Virus record (IMG/VR): IMGVR_UViG_3300025131_000006
Strand: one strand, 5' to 3'
DNA length: 64,000 nt
Source of the DNA: a virus
This document shows, piece after piece, positions 38,623 to 47,957 of the stretch (positions within the stretch are counted from its first letter, which is position 1; each line of letters starts with the position of its first letter). The notes below the pieces were generated by a model. That model searched no databases. It was given only the letters and a program-made list of their open reading frames with translations, and was not told the DNA's origin. The position numbers and the translations under genes are program-made.

Positions 38623-39765
38623 ATGTCTGATATTGGGAGTCTTCGGTTCGAAGATCACGAGATAGAAAGAGTTCGCCATGCTGCGAATGTGGTGGAGCTT
38701 GTGGGGTCTGTGGTTAAGTTGACTCGTGCGGGGTCTTCTTTCAAGGGTTGCTGTCCTTTCCACCAGGAGAAGACCCCATCGTTTTTTGTTGAACCCGAAA
38801 AGAAGGTGTATTACTGCTTTGGTTGCGGTGCGAGAGGAGATGCTATCACGTTCATGCAGGAGATGTTCTCCCTGTCTTTTGCGGATGCTATTCGCGAGCT
38901 TGCTCACCGGCACAGCATCTCTTTGGGGGATGGTGCGTTTAGGGACTTTACTGCCAAGGTGATGCGGGCTCTTCACCCACCAGCTACGACGTGGGCAGTG
39001 CCAGGCCGAAGTGATTGCCGAGATGAGGGGGTTCGGGTTGAATCTATCGCCAAGGTTATGTCGCACCACAGGATTGACGCTCCCGCAGGGATGGCTCGTT
39101 TGGGTCATCCGATGATTTGCGAGATCAACGATTACGTGGAGGGTCGCGGTTTTTCGGTGGAGGATTTGGCCACCAAGGGGTATGGCGGTTTTGTTTTTGG
39201 TCCGCACGGCGGGAGGCTTTTTATCCCGTGTGTGATGGACGGTGACTTGGTTTTCTGGCAGACACGTTCGATTGTCGATCGCCAGGATATGTACGGAAGG
39301 GTTCCACCAAAGTACCTGAGTGCGCCGGATGTGACGTCGGGGATATGTATCTATAATTTGGATGTGGCCAAGAAGTTTCCGCTTGTTCATGTGGTGGAGG
39401 GTGCGTTTGACGCGGAGACTGTAGGGGATGACGCCATATCGATGTTTGGGTGTCGAGTCACGGCGGCACAGGCTCGCGTATTGGCTTTGCGAGGGTTTCG
39501 AGAGTTAAACTTGTGCTTTGACCCCGATGCTTGGAAAAAAGAACACAAGGGCAGTATCGACCGGGAGCCTCCTGTGTTGGCGGCAGGTCGGGCTATTTTG
39601 GAAGAGGGTATGGCCTTGCGTGTTTCTATCTTGGAAGGGAGAGACCCCAACGAGATGGGGAGAGATGCAGTGCGAGAGGTATTGGGACGTTCTAAGTCTG
39701 TTGCAGATGTGGTATTTTTAGAGAGTCTTGTTGCGCGTGTCGGGGGTATGTTGTCTTCGTCTTAG
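38623..39765 (+). CDS. dnaG: DNA primase (CHC2 zinc finger plus TOPRIM)
   Basis: CPFHQEKTPSF...YCFGCG; KYLS; VVEGAFDA; FDPD. Confidence 0.93.
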   Translation: MSDIGSLRFEDHEIERVRHAANVVELVGSVVKLTRAGSSFKGCCPFHQEKTPSFFVEPEKKVYYCFGCGARGDAITFMQEMFSLSFADAIRELAHRHSISLGDGAFRDFTAKVMRALHPPATTWAVPGRSDCRDEGVRVESIAKVMSHHRIDAPAGMARLGHPMICEINDYVEGRGFSVEDLATKGYGGFVFGPHGGRLFIPCVMDGDLVFWQTRSIVDRQDMYGRVPPKYLSAPDVTSGICIYNLDVAKKFPLVHVVEGAFDAETVGDDAISMFGCRVTAAQARVLALRGFRELNLCFDPDAWKKEHKGSIDREPPVLAAGRAILEEGMALRVSILEGRDPNEMGRDAVREVLGRSKSVADVVFLESLVARVGGMLSSS

Positions 39766-39784
39766 TTTTTCAAGGGAGAGTCGC

Positions 39785-40294
39785 ATGAGTAATTTGTCTG
39801 TTTGTCCGTTCTGTGGGGGCAGTGCAACCAGCTTGCCGGGTCGGGGGGGTGGACGGTCTCATGCTTTGCGAGATTTGTTGTCAGACATCGGACAGACGTG
39901 TTTTTGTAAAGTCCCTGGGGGGCAGTTGGAGCAGATGCTCCAAGAGCACGAAAAGAAATGGGAGGCGTTGGTTAAGCAGTACTTCCCGGATTGCATGTCG
40001 ATGGAGGATGTGATGTCCGAGCTTCGAGGGATGGATCGTTCGGATGTGCTGTATGTGACGATGGTAAAGAGGTTTGATTATCTTCGGCTTATGAGGGACG
40101 CATTGAAGCGGAAGATAAAGGAGAGGGAGAAGATGGCTTCTGATCTCGATCGGGACAATGAGGGTGTTCGAACTGTCTTCCGCGATTTTTCGTCAGAGGA
40201 AGCCAAGCAGCAAACTATTTCGGTGCCGCGCAGGATGCCAAAGGTCGAGGGGGGGTCTCTCCGCGATTGGATGAGAGACGCCGAAGACAACTAG
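39785..40294 (+). CDS. hypothetical protein with N-terminal CPFC
   Basis: ORF with GGGAGAG RBS. Confidence 0.6.
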   Translation: MSNLSVCPFCGGSATSLPGRGGGRSHALRDLLSDIGQTCFCKVPGGQLEQMLQEHEKKWEALVKQYFPDCMSMEDVMSELRGMDRSDVLYVTMVKRFDYLRLMRDALKRKIKEREKMASDLDRDNEGVRTVFRDFSSEEAKQQTISVPRRMPKVEGGSLRDWMRDAEDN

Positions 40295-40296
40295 AA

Positions 40297-40311
40297 GTTC
40301 AGTGACTGAAC
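40297..40311. repeat. palindrome copy 15
   Basis: GTTCAGTGACTGAAC. Confidence 0.9.
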
Positions 40312-40314
40312 TTT

Positions 40315-40358
40315 TTTCAGATTTGCACCGCAAAATAGAACGGGAAGAAAGACATTAC
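40315..40358 (+). promoter_or_regulatory. 44-bp conserved upstream element (copy 2)
   Basis: Identical to 30594-30637; follows a palindrome copy. Confidence 0.7.
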
Positions 40359-40454
40359 AGGGCGAAGTGCGAGAAAATGGGATGAATCGAAAATTCCATG
40401 TCGTGTTTCGTCACGATTTAGCTATATGTTTTTTAGAAGAAACAGGGTGCCAAG

Positions 40455-41060
40455 ATGCCAAGAACAAAGACGCCGCACCTCGAAAGTCACATTTACGGTG
40501 TTCAAAAGATGGGAGCCAGGGAAGGTATGGATATTGAACGCATGAGAGTTCTGGGGTATTCGGTTCATCCCGGTGCCATTATGCAGCTTCACAACAAAGG
40601 AAAGCCGTGGAGGATTTACTTGACTTGCACGACGGGTGGGTCAAATAAGTTTTGGGAGGCGTGGTGGGAGGGAGTCGGGTTTACGCCGAAGAGTCGGTAT
40701 GGAGCCATCGGAACGAATGGTCGGACTTCGGAAAGAGCGGCTCTTTGGTGTGCCCGAAAGGCTCAAGAGAAAGCAACGAGTGTACGGTCACAGTACGTGA
40801 GACCGGAAGGAAGCCTCTCTTCTAGGGGTGCTATCAAGTGGCTAGAAGACCATTTGGACCCGTTAGGTGCGATGAGGTTATCCACGCCGGGATCGACAAC
40901 TCCGGAAGCCCCTCCAACGGAGACCGATACGACCGCTGAGACTAAGACCGCACCGCGACGAAAGACTCGGCGTAAAAAATCCCCTCGCCCCAAGGTGAAG
41001 TCAAAGCCTAAGAGCTTGTCTGAAATCGCCCAAGCGAGAAGAAAAAGCAGCGATTGGTAG
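40455..41060 (+). CDS. WGR-like domain protein with C-terminal tag LSEIAQARRKSSDW*
   Basis: YLTCTTGGSNKFWE...RYGAIGTNG...EK pattern typical of WGR domains. Confidence 0.7.
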   Translation: MPRTKTPHLESHIYGVQKMGAREGMDIERMRVLGYSVHPGAIMQLHNKGKPWRIYLTCTTGGSNKFWEAWWEGVGFTPKSRYGAIGTNGRTSERAALWCARKAQEKATSVRSQYVRPEGSLSSRGAIKWLEDHLDPLGAMRLSTPGSTTPEAPPTETDTTAETKTAPRRKTRRKKSPRPKVKSKPKSLSEIAQARRKSSDW

Positions 41061-41061
41061 A

Positions 41062-41592
41062 ATGTTTACAAAAAGCCCACAATGTCTGGACTCCTTTGAA
41101 GATGCATTGGAGTCAATGCGGAATTATAGAGCGTGGCGGGTGCGTCTTGAGAAAGATGGTCTTGTTATTGAGTTTTGGGCGTACCCTTCGGCCTTTAATA
41201 ATGTGTATCTTCGGAAGTGCGAAGTGTTGGAACTCAGGGACTGTAGAGAGTGTACCTCTGTTACCCTGAATTATATGTTGGATCGCGTTCCGGGGTACTT
41301 GGATGCAGGGTTCCTCATCTGTAGATCTCCAGGAGTTTTGGAAGCTCCATCGAATGCGGACTTCTCGTGGTCGGAGTCGGTGATGATTCCGACAAAATAC
41401 AGAGGGCATCCTCCTGTGGCCCCTTTTCCTTCGGCTATCAGGAGACCGAGAGTGCCATCGAGTAAAGCCTCTTATCGAAGTAAGAGGGCTCCTCGGAAAA
41501 AGAAGAAAGTGGATAATAGTAGCCAGATCACCATTGAAGAGCATGGATTGGCAAGTATCGCTGCCAAGCGGAAAAAGAATAGCGATTGGTAG
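41062..41592 (+). CDS. hypothetical protein with C-terminal tag LASIAAKRKKNSDW*
   Basis: 176-aa ORF. Confidence 0.75.
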   Translation: MFTKSPQCLDSFEDALESMRNYRAWRVRLEKDGLVIEFWAYPSAFNNVYLRKCEVLELRDCRECTSVTLNYMLDRVPGYLDAGFLICRSPGVLEAPSNADFSWSESVMIPTKYRGHPPVAPFPSAIRRPRVPSSKASYRSKRAPRKKKKVDNSSQITIEEHGLASIAAKRKKNSDW

Positions 41593-41684
41593 AAAAGCGA
41601 AAAAAGATAGTCTGGATAGGACGCCTAGCAATTTATATATAAGGCGTCACTACAGACAACAACCAAACATCCAGGAGTCAAGAG

Positions 41685-42953
41685 ATGTCTGAATTCGAGA
41701 GTATCCCTGCCCCTTCCGAATTGATTGCCCCTGCTACTGCTGAAACGGTGGAGGCTCCCCCGGTCCTTCCGCCTGTTGTCACCGAGCCGATCTTGTCGGC
41801 GGAAGAGCGGGCCGAGTCTGCGGCTTCTCGTCGCGGTGGTGCTGGCCTCCAAAAATACGACACCGACGGAAATCCGGTCTGCCGTCTTTGCGGTCGCGGC
41901 GTCGAAGACATGGCGAAGCACGTCCAAGAAGCTCACGGTGTCAATATCACCGAATACGCCAAAGAGTATCCCGGTTGGCCTTTGGTCTCCAAGAAGGTCA
42001 AGGGGCTCGGCGACGGACTCTCGTACTTGGAACGAGAGAAGAAAAAATTCTCGGTGTTTGAAACGTTCGGTTTTCATTGGCCTGAAAAGCCCGACAAAAC
42101 CGTCGATGGATACGCCGAAAGAGGCCCCCTGTGCCCCACGGTCGATCCCTTCTACGTGTTCGATCCCGAAGTCACGATGGATGCCCTCATGGCTATGCAC
42201 CTCGGCGACAAAGTCCTGACCGTTGGTCCCACCGGATCGGGCAAATCTTCCCTGTGGCAGCAAATCGCGGCTCGCCTTGGTATGAACTTTCTCCGCATCA
42301 ACTTCGATGCCGGTGTCACCCGACCCGATCTCGTCGGTCAGTTCGTGGTCAAGGGTCGAGAGATGGAGTTCGCCTACGGTGCCCTGCCTCGCGGTATGGC
42401 TCTGCCCGGCACGATCATCTGCTTCGACGAGTGGGATGCTGTCTCGGAAGAGTGTGCTTTCGTTCTCCAACGCCCCTTGGAGGAAGACTCCCAACTGATG
42501 ATTCTGGAGATCGGAGATCAAGTGGTCTCCCTGCACCCGGACAATATCATCGTTGCCACGTCGAACACCACCGGACTCGGTGACGATTCGGGCCTCTACT
42601 CCTCCGGTACCCGCATCCAGAACTACGCCACTGTCAACCGCTTCTCTATGACGATCAAGTTGGACTACCTTGCGAAAGAGCAAGAGGAGCAGATCCTGCT
42701 CCGTCGGTTCGAAGACCTCTCCGAAATGGAAGCTCGTGCTCTGGTCAAGATCGTCAACGCGACCCGCTCCTCCTCCGAGAAAGGTGAGATCGCCGCTCCC
42801 CTGAGTACTCGCGATCTCGTGAATTGGTGCCAGAAGTACATCTTGACGGGTGATGTCGAAAAGGCCGCGAAGCTCGCCTTTATCCACCGCTCGCCTCGCG
42901 AAGATCAAGATGTCCTGCGCGGCATCGTCCGTCGCGGATGGCGTGGAGAGTAA
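41685..42953 (+). CDS. CobS/CbbQ/MoxR-family AAA+ ATPase with N-terminal C2H2 finger
   Basis: GPTGSGKS, FDEWD, LQRPLE, ATSNT, NRF, LSTRDL; CRLC...H...H. Confidence 0.9.
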   Translation: MSEFESIPAPSELIAPATAETVEAPPVLPPVVTEPILSAEERAESAASRRGGAGLQKYDTDGNPVCRLCGRGVEDMAKHVQEAHGVNITEYAKEYPGWPLVSKKVKGLGDGLSYLEREKKKFSVFETFGFHWPEKPDKTVDGYAERGPLCPTVDPFYVFDPEVTMDALMAMHLGDKVLTVGPTGSGKSSLWQQIAARLGMNFLRINFDAGVTRPDLVGQFVVKGREMEFAYGALPRGMALPGTIICFDEWDAVSEECAFVLQRPLEEDSQLMILEIGDQVVSLHPDNIIVATSNTTGLGDDSGLYSSGTRIQNYATVNRFSMTIKLDYLAKEQEEQILLRRFEDLSEMEARALVKIVNATRSSSEKGEIAAPLSTRDLVNWCQKYILTGDVEKAAKLAFIHRSPREDQDVLRGIVRRGWRGE

Positions 42954-42968
42954 TCTCCGTACTCCCTG

Positions 42969-42992
42969 CCCCCAAGTTTTCTTGGGGGTTTC
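42969..42992 (+). terminator. stem-loop after the AAA+ gene
   Basis: CCCCCAAG-TTTT-CTTGGGGG followed by TTT. Confidence 0.5.
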
Positions 42993-43041
42993 CCATGTGC
43001 GGTTTCTTGGCTAGCTCTTGGCTCATGCGTAATGCATAGGA

Positions 43042-43056
43042 ATTTAGTCACTAAAC
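43042..43056. repeat. palindrome copy 16 (1 mismatch)
   Basis: ATTTAGTCACTAAAC. Confidence 0.75.
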
Positions 43057-43149
43057 CGCACATTTTCTGTGTCTGCTTTGCTCTCTTGTTTGTATATATA
43101 TAGGCATGAGTCAGAACAGGTAAGCCAAGAGCAACGGAGAAAAGAGAAA

Positions 43150-45090
43150 ATGATGAGAAGACCAGGAAGAGCGGCACGAGACTCTTTAAATAGTTCCTTG
43201 GAAAGGATTGCGCGAGTCATCAGCGACAGGTACGACATTAACGTTGTCTTTCATAAAGACGACTGCTACACGGACGGTAGGACTATCGTTCTTCCTTCTG
43301 TTCCCGCCTCGGCAGATGCCGACTTCCTGCAAGCCCTTGAAGGCAAGTTGGATCACGAAGCCGGACACATCATTTTCACCGATTGGGATGCCGTGAACCG
43401 CTCCGCTGAACACCCTCAATTGAAGTGGTGGACGAACGTTTTGGAAGATGCTCGTATCGAGGCGTGTATCTGCGAAGCGTGGCCGGGTTGTCGGGCGAAC
43501 TTGGAGTTCACTCAACGGTGGCTCTTGGAAAAAGATCTCGATGAGTGGCACTCCTTTGATAAGGAGAACAAAGAGGCCAAACTCGCGATTCTGTACGCTA
43601 AGGGCTATGGCAGTTGGTTTTTGGAGATCCCCGATGCCGAATCGATGTTCAAAGAAGCGTGGGAAGACATCCTCCCTGCTCTGGGTTTGGCGGCGAAGCA
43701 AGAGTCCGCTTTTCACTCCCTCGCCTTGGCCATTTGGGTCATGGATACGATCGATCCCGATTGGCGTGAGGCCGGTCGCGAAGGTCTCGCTCCGTTCGTG
43801 CGTTCGAGCGAGGAGTTGGACGAGCTTTTGCGTACCCTCGCAGGAGCCGAGCGAGAGTTGGCCCGTATCGGTCGTGGTGGCAAAGTCATCGAAGGCGAAG
43901 GTGGTTCCGGCAGCACCGATCGATTCTCCGAAGCTTCTCGTCGTGCCCGAATCGAGGAAGAGGCGGGAGAGAGATACGGACACGGTATTACCCGGTCTTT
44001 TCTGGAAAAGTACGACGGCACCGACAGAGAAGAGAGGAAGCGTCGATCTCTGGCTCGAACGGGGGGCATGGGGGGGCGCCCTGCGGAGCATGGTCCTCGC
44101 TCCACGGATGACTTCGGTTCCAAGGCTCTGTCCGGGGTAGCAGGAGACATTCGACATCGCATCGGTGTTCCCGGCTCCGAACACTATGTTCCGGCGACAA
44201 CCGAAGACGACGTGATCCAATTGCAGTGGGACGGAAACTTGCATTGGTTCCAAACGAACCTCCAGGAGGTTCGAAAGATGTCGGGTGCCATGTCTCGCAG
44301 ACTCCGTATGGTCATGATGTCTAAGGCATACCCAAGCACGGAATACGAAAAGCACTCTGGACGTCTGAATGTCCGGTCTCTCCCTCGGTTCCTGATGACC
44401 GGCAACCCTCGCTGTTTCAAGCAGCGGTCAAGAGGCGAGGAGTTGTGTGCGAGAGCAACGCTGTTGGTCGATGAGTCCGGTTCCATGCATGGCACTCGTA
44501 TCCAAGAAGCTCGGCGTGCTGCGATTCTGTTTGGTGAGTTTTGTGAGCAGTTGGGTATCCCCTTCGAGATTTTGGGTTTCTCCACGACCTCGACAGGCCA
44601 CGAGCAAAAGAGATACGATCGTGCTGCTCCCGAAGACAAGTCGTACTACACGCGGTGGGGGAATCACCTTCTGTTGGTGTACAAGCGATTCGATGAGCAG
44701 TGGCGTCGTGTGGGTCATCGCATTCAACACATGTCGGGTCGCGACCAGAACTACGATGGTGAGTCTGTGCAGATCGCAGCCCAACGCTTGCTCATGGCGG
44801 CACAGCCCGGTGAGCGAAAGCTCCTGTTTGTCTTCTCCGACGGCTCTCCCGTTCAAAGCATCTACGAACACGCGGATGCCCACCAAGAGTATCTTCGCAC
44901 GGTCACGGGGTATCTTCCGGAAGTCGGTATCGAGGCCATTGGTATTGGCATCTGCACCGAAGCTGTGAAACACTACTACCCGAATTGGGTTGTGATCAAC
45001 GATCCCCGTCAATTGTCCGGTGCCCAAATGTCGAAGCTGCGAGAAGTCTTTTTGGAGTCCAAAAAGCCGAAGCGTCGGCGAGCAAGATAG
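43150..45090 (+). CDS. CobT-like VWA protein with N-terminal HExxH-type domain
   Basis: HEAGH, NVLEDARIE; MIDAS DESGSM, NYDGE, FSDGSP. Confidence 0.9.
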   Translation: MMRRPGRAARDSLNSSLERIARVISDRYDINVVFHKDDCYTDGRTIVLPSVPASADADFLQALEGKLDHEAGHIIFTDWDAVNRSAEHPQLKWWTNVLEDARIEACICEAWPGCRANLEFTQRWLLEKDLDEWHSFDKENKEAKLAILYAKGYGSWFLEIPDAESMFKEAWEDILPALGLAAKQESAFHSLALAIWVMDTIDPDWREAGREGLAPFVRSSEELDELLRTLAGAERELARIGRGGKVIEGEGGSGSTDRFSEASRRARIEEEAGERYGHGITRSFLEKYDGTDREERKRRSLARTGGMGGRPAEHGPRSTDDFGSKALSGVAGDIRHRIGVPGSEHYVPATTEDDVIQLQWDGNLHWFQTNLQEVRKMSGAMSRRLRMVMMSKAYPSTEYEKHSGRLNVRSLPRFLMTGNPRCFKQRSRGEELCARATLLVDESGSMHGTRIQEARRAAILFGEFCEQLGIPFEILGFSTTSTGHEQKRYDRAAPEDKSYYTRWGNHLLLVYKRFDEQWRRVGHRIQHMSGRDQNYDGESVQIAAQRLLMAAQPGERKLLFVFSDGSPVQSIYEHADAHQEYLRTVTGYLPEVGIEAIGIGICTEAVKHYYPNWVVINDPRQLSGAQMSKLREVFLESKKPKRRRAR

Positions 45091-45114
45091 ACGGCATTGT
45101 CGATATACAGGGGG

Positions 45115-45149
45115 TGCACCTCAAAATAGATTGACAAGAAAGACATTAC
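45115..45149 (+). promoter_or_regulatory. variant copy of the upstream element carrying TTGACA
   Basis: TGCACCTCAAAATAGATTGACAAGAAAGACATTAC versus TGCACCGCAAAATAGAACGGGAAGAAAGACATTAC. Confidence 0.6.
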
Positions 45150-45255
45150 AGAGTGAATGTATGCGGAGCCCGGAAGACCGGGCTCCGTTTTTGTGCATCG
45201 TGACAAAATTGGTCACGAAAGCCACACAGATCAAAACAAAACAGAGGTAACGGGC

Positions 45256-45918
45256 ATGAACAGAAATTGGCACTACAATGATTTCCTGAAAAATTACGAA
45301 GGCTTTCTGCACAACCAGGCGAAGATTCTCGCGACTTGCCCCGGTGTCGATCTCGATGATGCCGCACAAGATGTTAGGATGTTTGCGTGGGAGGCCGTGA
45401 CACACGAACGTTTCAACAGTTGGTCTGAGTCTCCGTCGGCTTGGATCTTTCAGCGGGTCGTGTGGGGTGTGCAGCGAAAGATCTCTGTGTATCGTCGATC
45501 CTATCTGGAGGTGCCTGCGAGTGCTTCACTGCAAAATAGGTGGTGTGTTTCTGAGTTCGGGTCGTGGAGGGTGCGGTGGTTGGACAATTTGGGGGAGTCG
45601 GATGTTACTTATTCGGATGTGTTCAGGGGTCGATTCTATGACATAGAGAATCAAGTGGAGGCTCGTATCGCGTTGGAGCGGATTGAGAGATTCGCTGAGA
45701 CATCGCTTCCGGAAGGGCAGCGGAGACCTATTTTGGCAGTGTTGCAACGCACGGAGGAGGTCATTGAACACTCGCAGAAGTCGAAAGGGGGTCGTGCGGG
45801 TGTGGCGACTTACGAGGTTGCGTCGGGTCCAAACCTGTCCACTTTCTTGAACCACCCGTGGGCCGCAAAAATGATGGAGCGGGCACAGAACAAAATCATC
45901 GAAGAGTTCAGTGACTAA
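45256..45918 (+). CDS. RNA polymerase sigma-70-like factor (region 2-like)
   Basis: DLDDAAQDVRMFAWEAV...F...SAWIFQRV resembles sigma region 2. Confidence 0.55.
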   Translation: MNRNWHYNDFLKNYEGFLHNQAKILATCPGVDLDDAAQDVRMFAWEAVTHERFNSWSESPSAWIFQRVVWGVQRKISVYRRSYLEVPASASLQNRWCVSEFGSWRVRWLDNLGESDVTYSDVFRGRFYDIENQVEARIALERIERFAETSLPEGQRRPILAVLQRTEEVIEHSQKSKGGRAGVATYEVASGPNLSTFLNHPWAAKMMERAQNKIIEEFSD

Positions 45919-45920
45919 AC
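45906..45920. repeat. palindrome copy 17
   Basis: GTTCAGTGACTAAAC, overlaps a TAA stop. Confidence 0.9.
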
Positions 45921-45934
45921 TTTTTTTGAGGTGA

Positions 45935-46648
45935 GTGTTGCCAAAGGACACAACAGCGTATCGTCGAAATAAGCGTATCTTTGAGAAAGTGCCGCGAGTT
46001 AGAGGCACAGGCATGCAGCATCGACGGTGCAATGTGTGCCAAGGGTGGTTCACCGCACAAGATGTCGAACAGGGCCTCTTTCCCCGACCGGGATTGGGGT
46101 CTTCTTGCGTTCGGTGTTTTGTGGTGGAGGTAGAGAAGAGGGGTGAGGTGTCCCTGCCGGATTGTTTCGGGGTGGGGTTCCAGGGGTCGTCGATGTTATG
46201 TCGGCAGCGGTGTGTGGTGTCGTCGGCTTGCATGATTGAGTTTACTGACAAGGTGTTCGACAGAACGGCGAGGGAGGTGGATCGGCGTCCATCCAAGACG
46301 CTCCTGATGGAGCGAATCTTACGGGCATCCGGTCGCCCTGTTCATGTTTTGGATTTGGGACCAACAGCAGCAAGGATAGCAAAGATAGAGGGGTTAGAGT
46401 CTCGACGTAGAGTCAATTGGGTGAGCGGTTTGCATGTTCTACTAGGGGAGAGCCCGCACGTTGTGAACTTGGGGGGTGGATTTTATGTGTATAAAGACTT
46501 CTGGGATTTAGAGAGGGATGGTGGTACACTTGGTGTCCACAGGGCTCCCCGGTTGGAGCCTGTAGGAACCATTTTATCTCGATTGGAGAAAGAAAGTGAG
46601 TGCATTCAGGATCACCATGAGGGGAACGCCGACCCGGAAGATTCGTGA
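45935..46648 (+). CDS. Cys-rich (Zn) hypothetical protein
   Basis: CNVC, CVRC and PDCFG...C..C...C motifs. Confidence 0.65.
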   Translation: MLPKDTTAYRRNKRIFEKVPRVRGTGMQHRRCNVCQGWFTAQDVEQGLFPRPGLGSSCVRCFVVEVEKRGEVSLPDCFGVGFQGSSMLCRQRCVVSSACMIEFTDKVFDRTAREVDRRPSKTLLMERILRASGRPVHVLDLGPTAARIAKIEGLESRRRVNWVSGLHVLLGESPHVVNLGGGFYVYKDFWDLERDGGTLGVHRAPRLEPVGTILSRLEKESECIQDHHEGNADPEDS

Positions 46649-47027
46649 GTTCTGCTGTGAGTTGTGCGAGTTGGTGTGGGAGGCTCGCGTGTATGACTCT
46701 GAAAGAGAGAGTCAGGTTTGCGAGTCGTGCGAACAACCAGCGGTGGAGAAGGTGACGTCTCCCACTTTCTGGGATGGCTCTCCGGAGGCCGAGAAAGAGA
46801 AGTTGAAGCGTCGATCTCGTGATCACATGGATTGGTGTCGGCGAACGGGGAATCATCCAAGTAGCACAGGTGATCGGAATCCAAGATCGCGTGCTCGGAA
46901 TACCTCTACGACGACGATCGCCGAGCACAAGCACACGTGGAAGAAGTGGAAGAGGGAAGCTGAGAATAACACAGATCAAGCGACCGAGGTTGTGACGCGA
47001 ACACCTGGCAAGGTCATCACGTCATGA
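46596..47027 (+). CDS. FmdB-like zinc-ribbon protein
   Basis: EFCCELCE...CESC...VEKVTSP. Confidence 0.6.
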   Translation: MSAFRITMRGTPTRKIREFCCELCELVWEARVYDSERESQVCESCEQPAVEKVTSPTFWDGSPEAEKEKLKRRSRDHMDWCRRTGNHPSSTGDRNPRSRARNTSTTTIAEHKHTWKKWKREAENNTDQATEVVTRTPGKVITS

Positions 47028-47302
47028 GCTGGGAAGTGGAGGTCAAAGCATTGCCGCGACTCCGCGACACAAGTCGTCCCAAGCTCATGTCTGTGGACGG
47101 TAAGGGGTATAGTGGCAAGGTGGAGGAGTTCTCGTACCTGAGTTTGATCTCTGACCGAAACAAGTCTCTCGCGACCCTGCTCGCTGAGAGGGGATACAAA
47201 CGACCTCATATTGTGGGAAGGTTGGCAGTTTTGGGTCCAAGCATCAGGCTCCAAGTGATAGAGAAAGAGAGAGTTCGTAAAAAAAAATCTCCTGTGTCGT
47301 GA
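47024..47302 (+). CDS. hypothetical protein
   Basis: ATGA-coupled ORF. Confidence 0.55.
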   Translation: MSWEVEVKALPRLRDTSRPKLMSVDGKGYSGKVEEFSYLSLISDRNKSLATLLAERGYKRPHIVGRLAVLGPSIRLQVIEKERVRKKKSPVS

Positions 47303-47390
47303 TACGTCACGGATTTGATATATGTTGTCTATGTGCCAGCCACGCAGAAAACATTCTGTCAAACATCCAGTACCTGTCTAAGGAGATTCC

Positions 47391-47897
47391 ATGAGAAGTA
47401 TTCGAGAAGACCTGCGCATATCGGACGATCTCGATCAAGAGTTCGCCACTCATCCAGAGGCTGTTGAGCATTGGGGAAGAGAGGCCGCTGACGCGGAGGT
47501 TGCTTTTCTGTACGCTCGCCAACGTTACAAAAAAAAGCAGGCCGAGGTTATGATGGAGAAGCGTCGTGCTGCTGCCATCAGCGGAGACCCCAAGAAGTCG
47601 ATCAAGCTTCTGGAGCAAGAAGTCCTGCTGGACTCGCGGGTGGACGGAGCTTTCAACGAGATGGTTGAAGCTCAACGGCGACAAGGGTATGCTGCCGCAG
47701 CGTACAAGTCTATCTTGGAGAAGTCCTCCTCGTTGATCTCTATGGGTGCCAAAGAGAGAAGGGGCATGGGACACGCTCCGAGTGTTTCGACCTCTCCTTC
47801 CCCTTTTGGAGGTGACAGCACGTCACCCCCTTCCTCCACGCATTTTTCTCGCGAGGATTTCATGCCTCGCGGTGAAGCTCCCCCTCACGGGAGATAA
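47391..47897 (+). CDS. UvsY-like recombination mediator (helical)
   Basis: EDLRISDDLDQE start, helical body, location before the SSB and RecA genes. Confidence 0.55.
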   Translation: MRSIREDLRISDDLDQEFATHPEAVEHWGREAADAEVAFLYARQRYKKKQAEVMMEKRRAAAISGDPKKSIKLLEQEVLLDSRVDGAFNEMVEAQRRQGYAAAAYKSILEKSSSLISMGAKERRGMGHAPSVSTSPSPFGGDSTSPPSSTHFSREDFMPRGEAPPHGR

Positions 47898-47957
47898 TCG
47901 GTCCTTTGCGACCCTGTTTAAGGCTTCTTACAGCCGAGTTTTCAAGTAGGAGAAAAC

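Noticed and set aside
41625-42908. Long antisense ORFs (427 aa here; also 30878-32224, 43186-44355, 48261-49238, 60445-61218)
   Set aside because: They lie opposite genes with clear enzyme motifs and are best explained as shadow ORFs caused by codon bias.
41685-45090. Cobalamin biosynthesis function for the CobS/CobT-like genes
   Set aside because: No CobN or other cob genes are present in the window; a generic AAA+/VWA chaperone role fits better.
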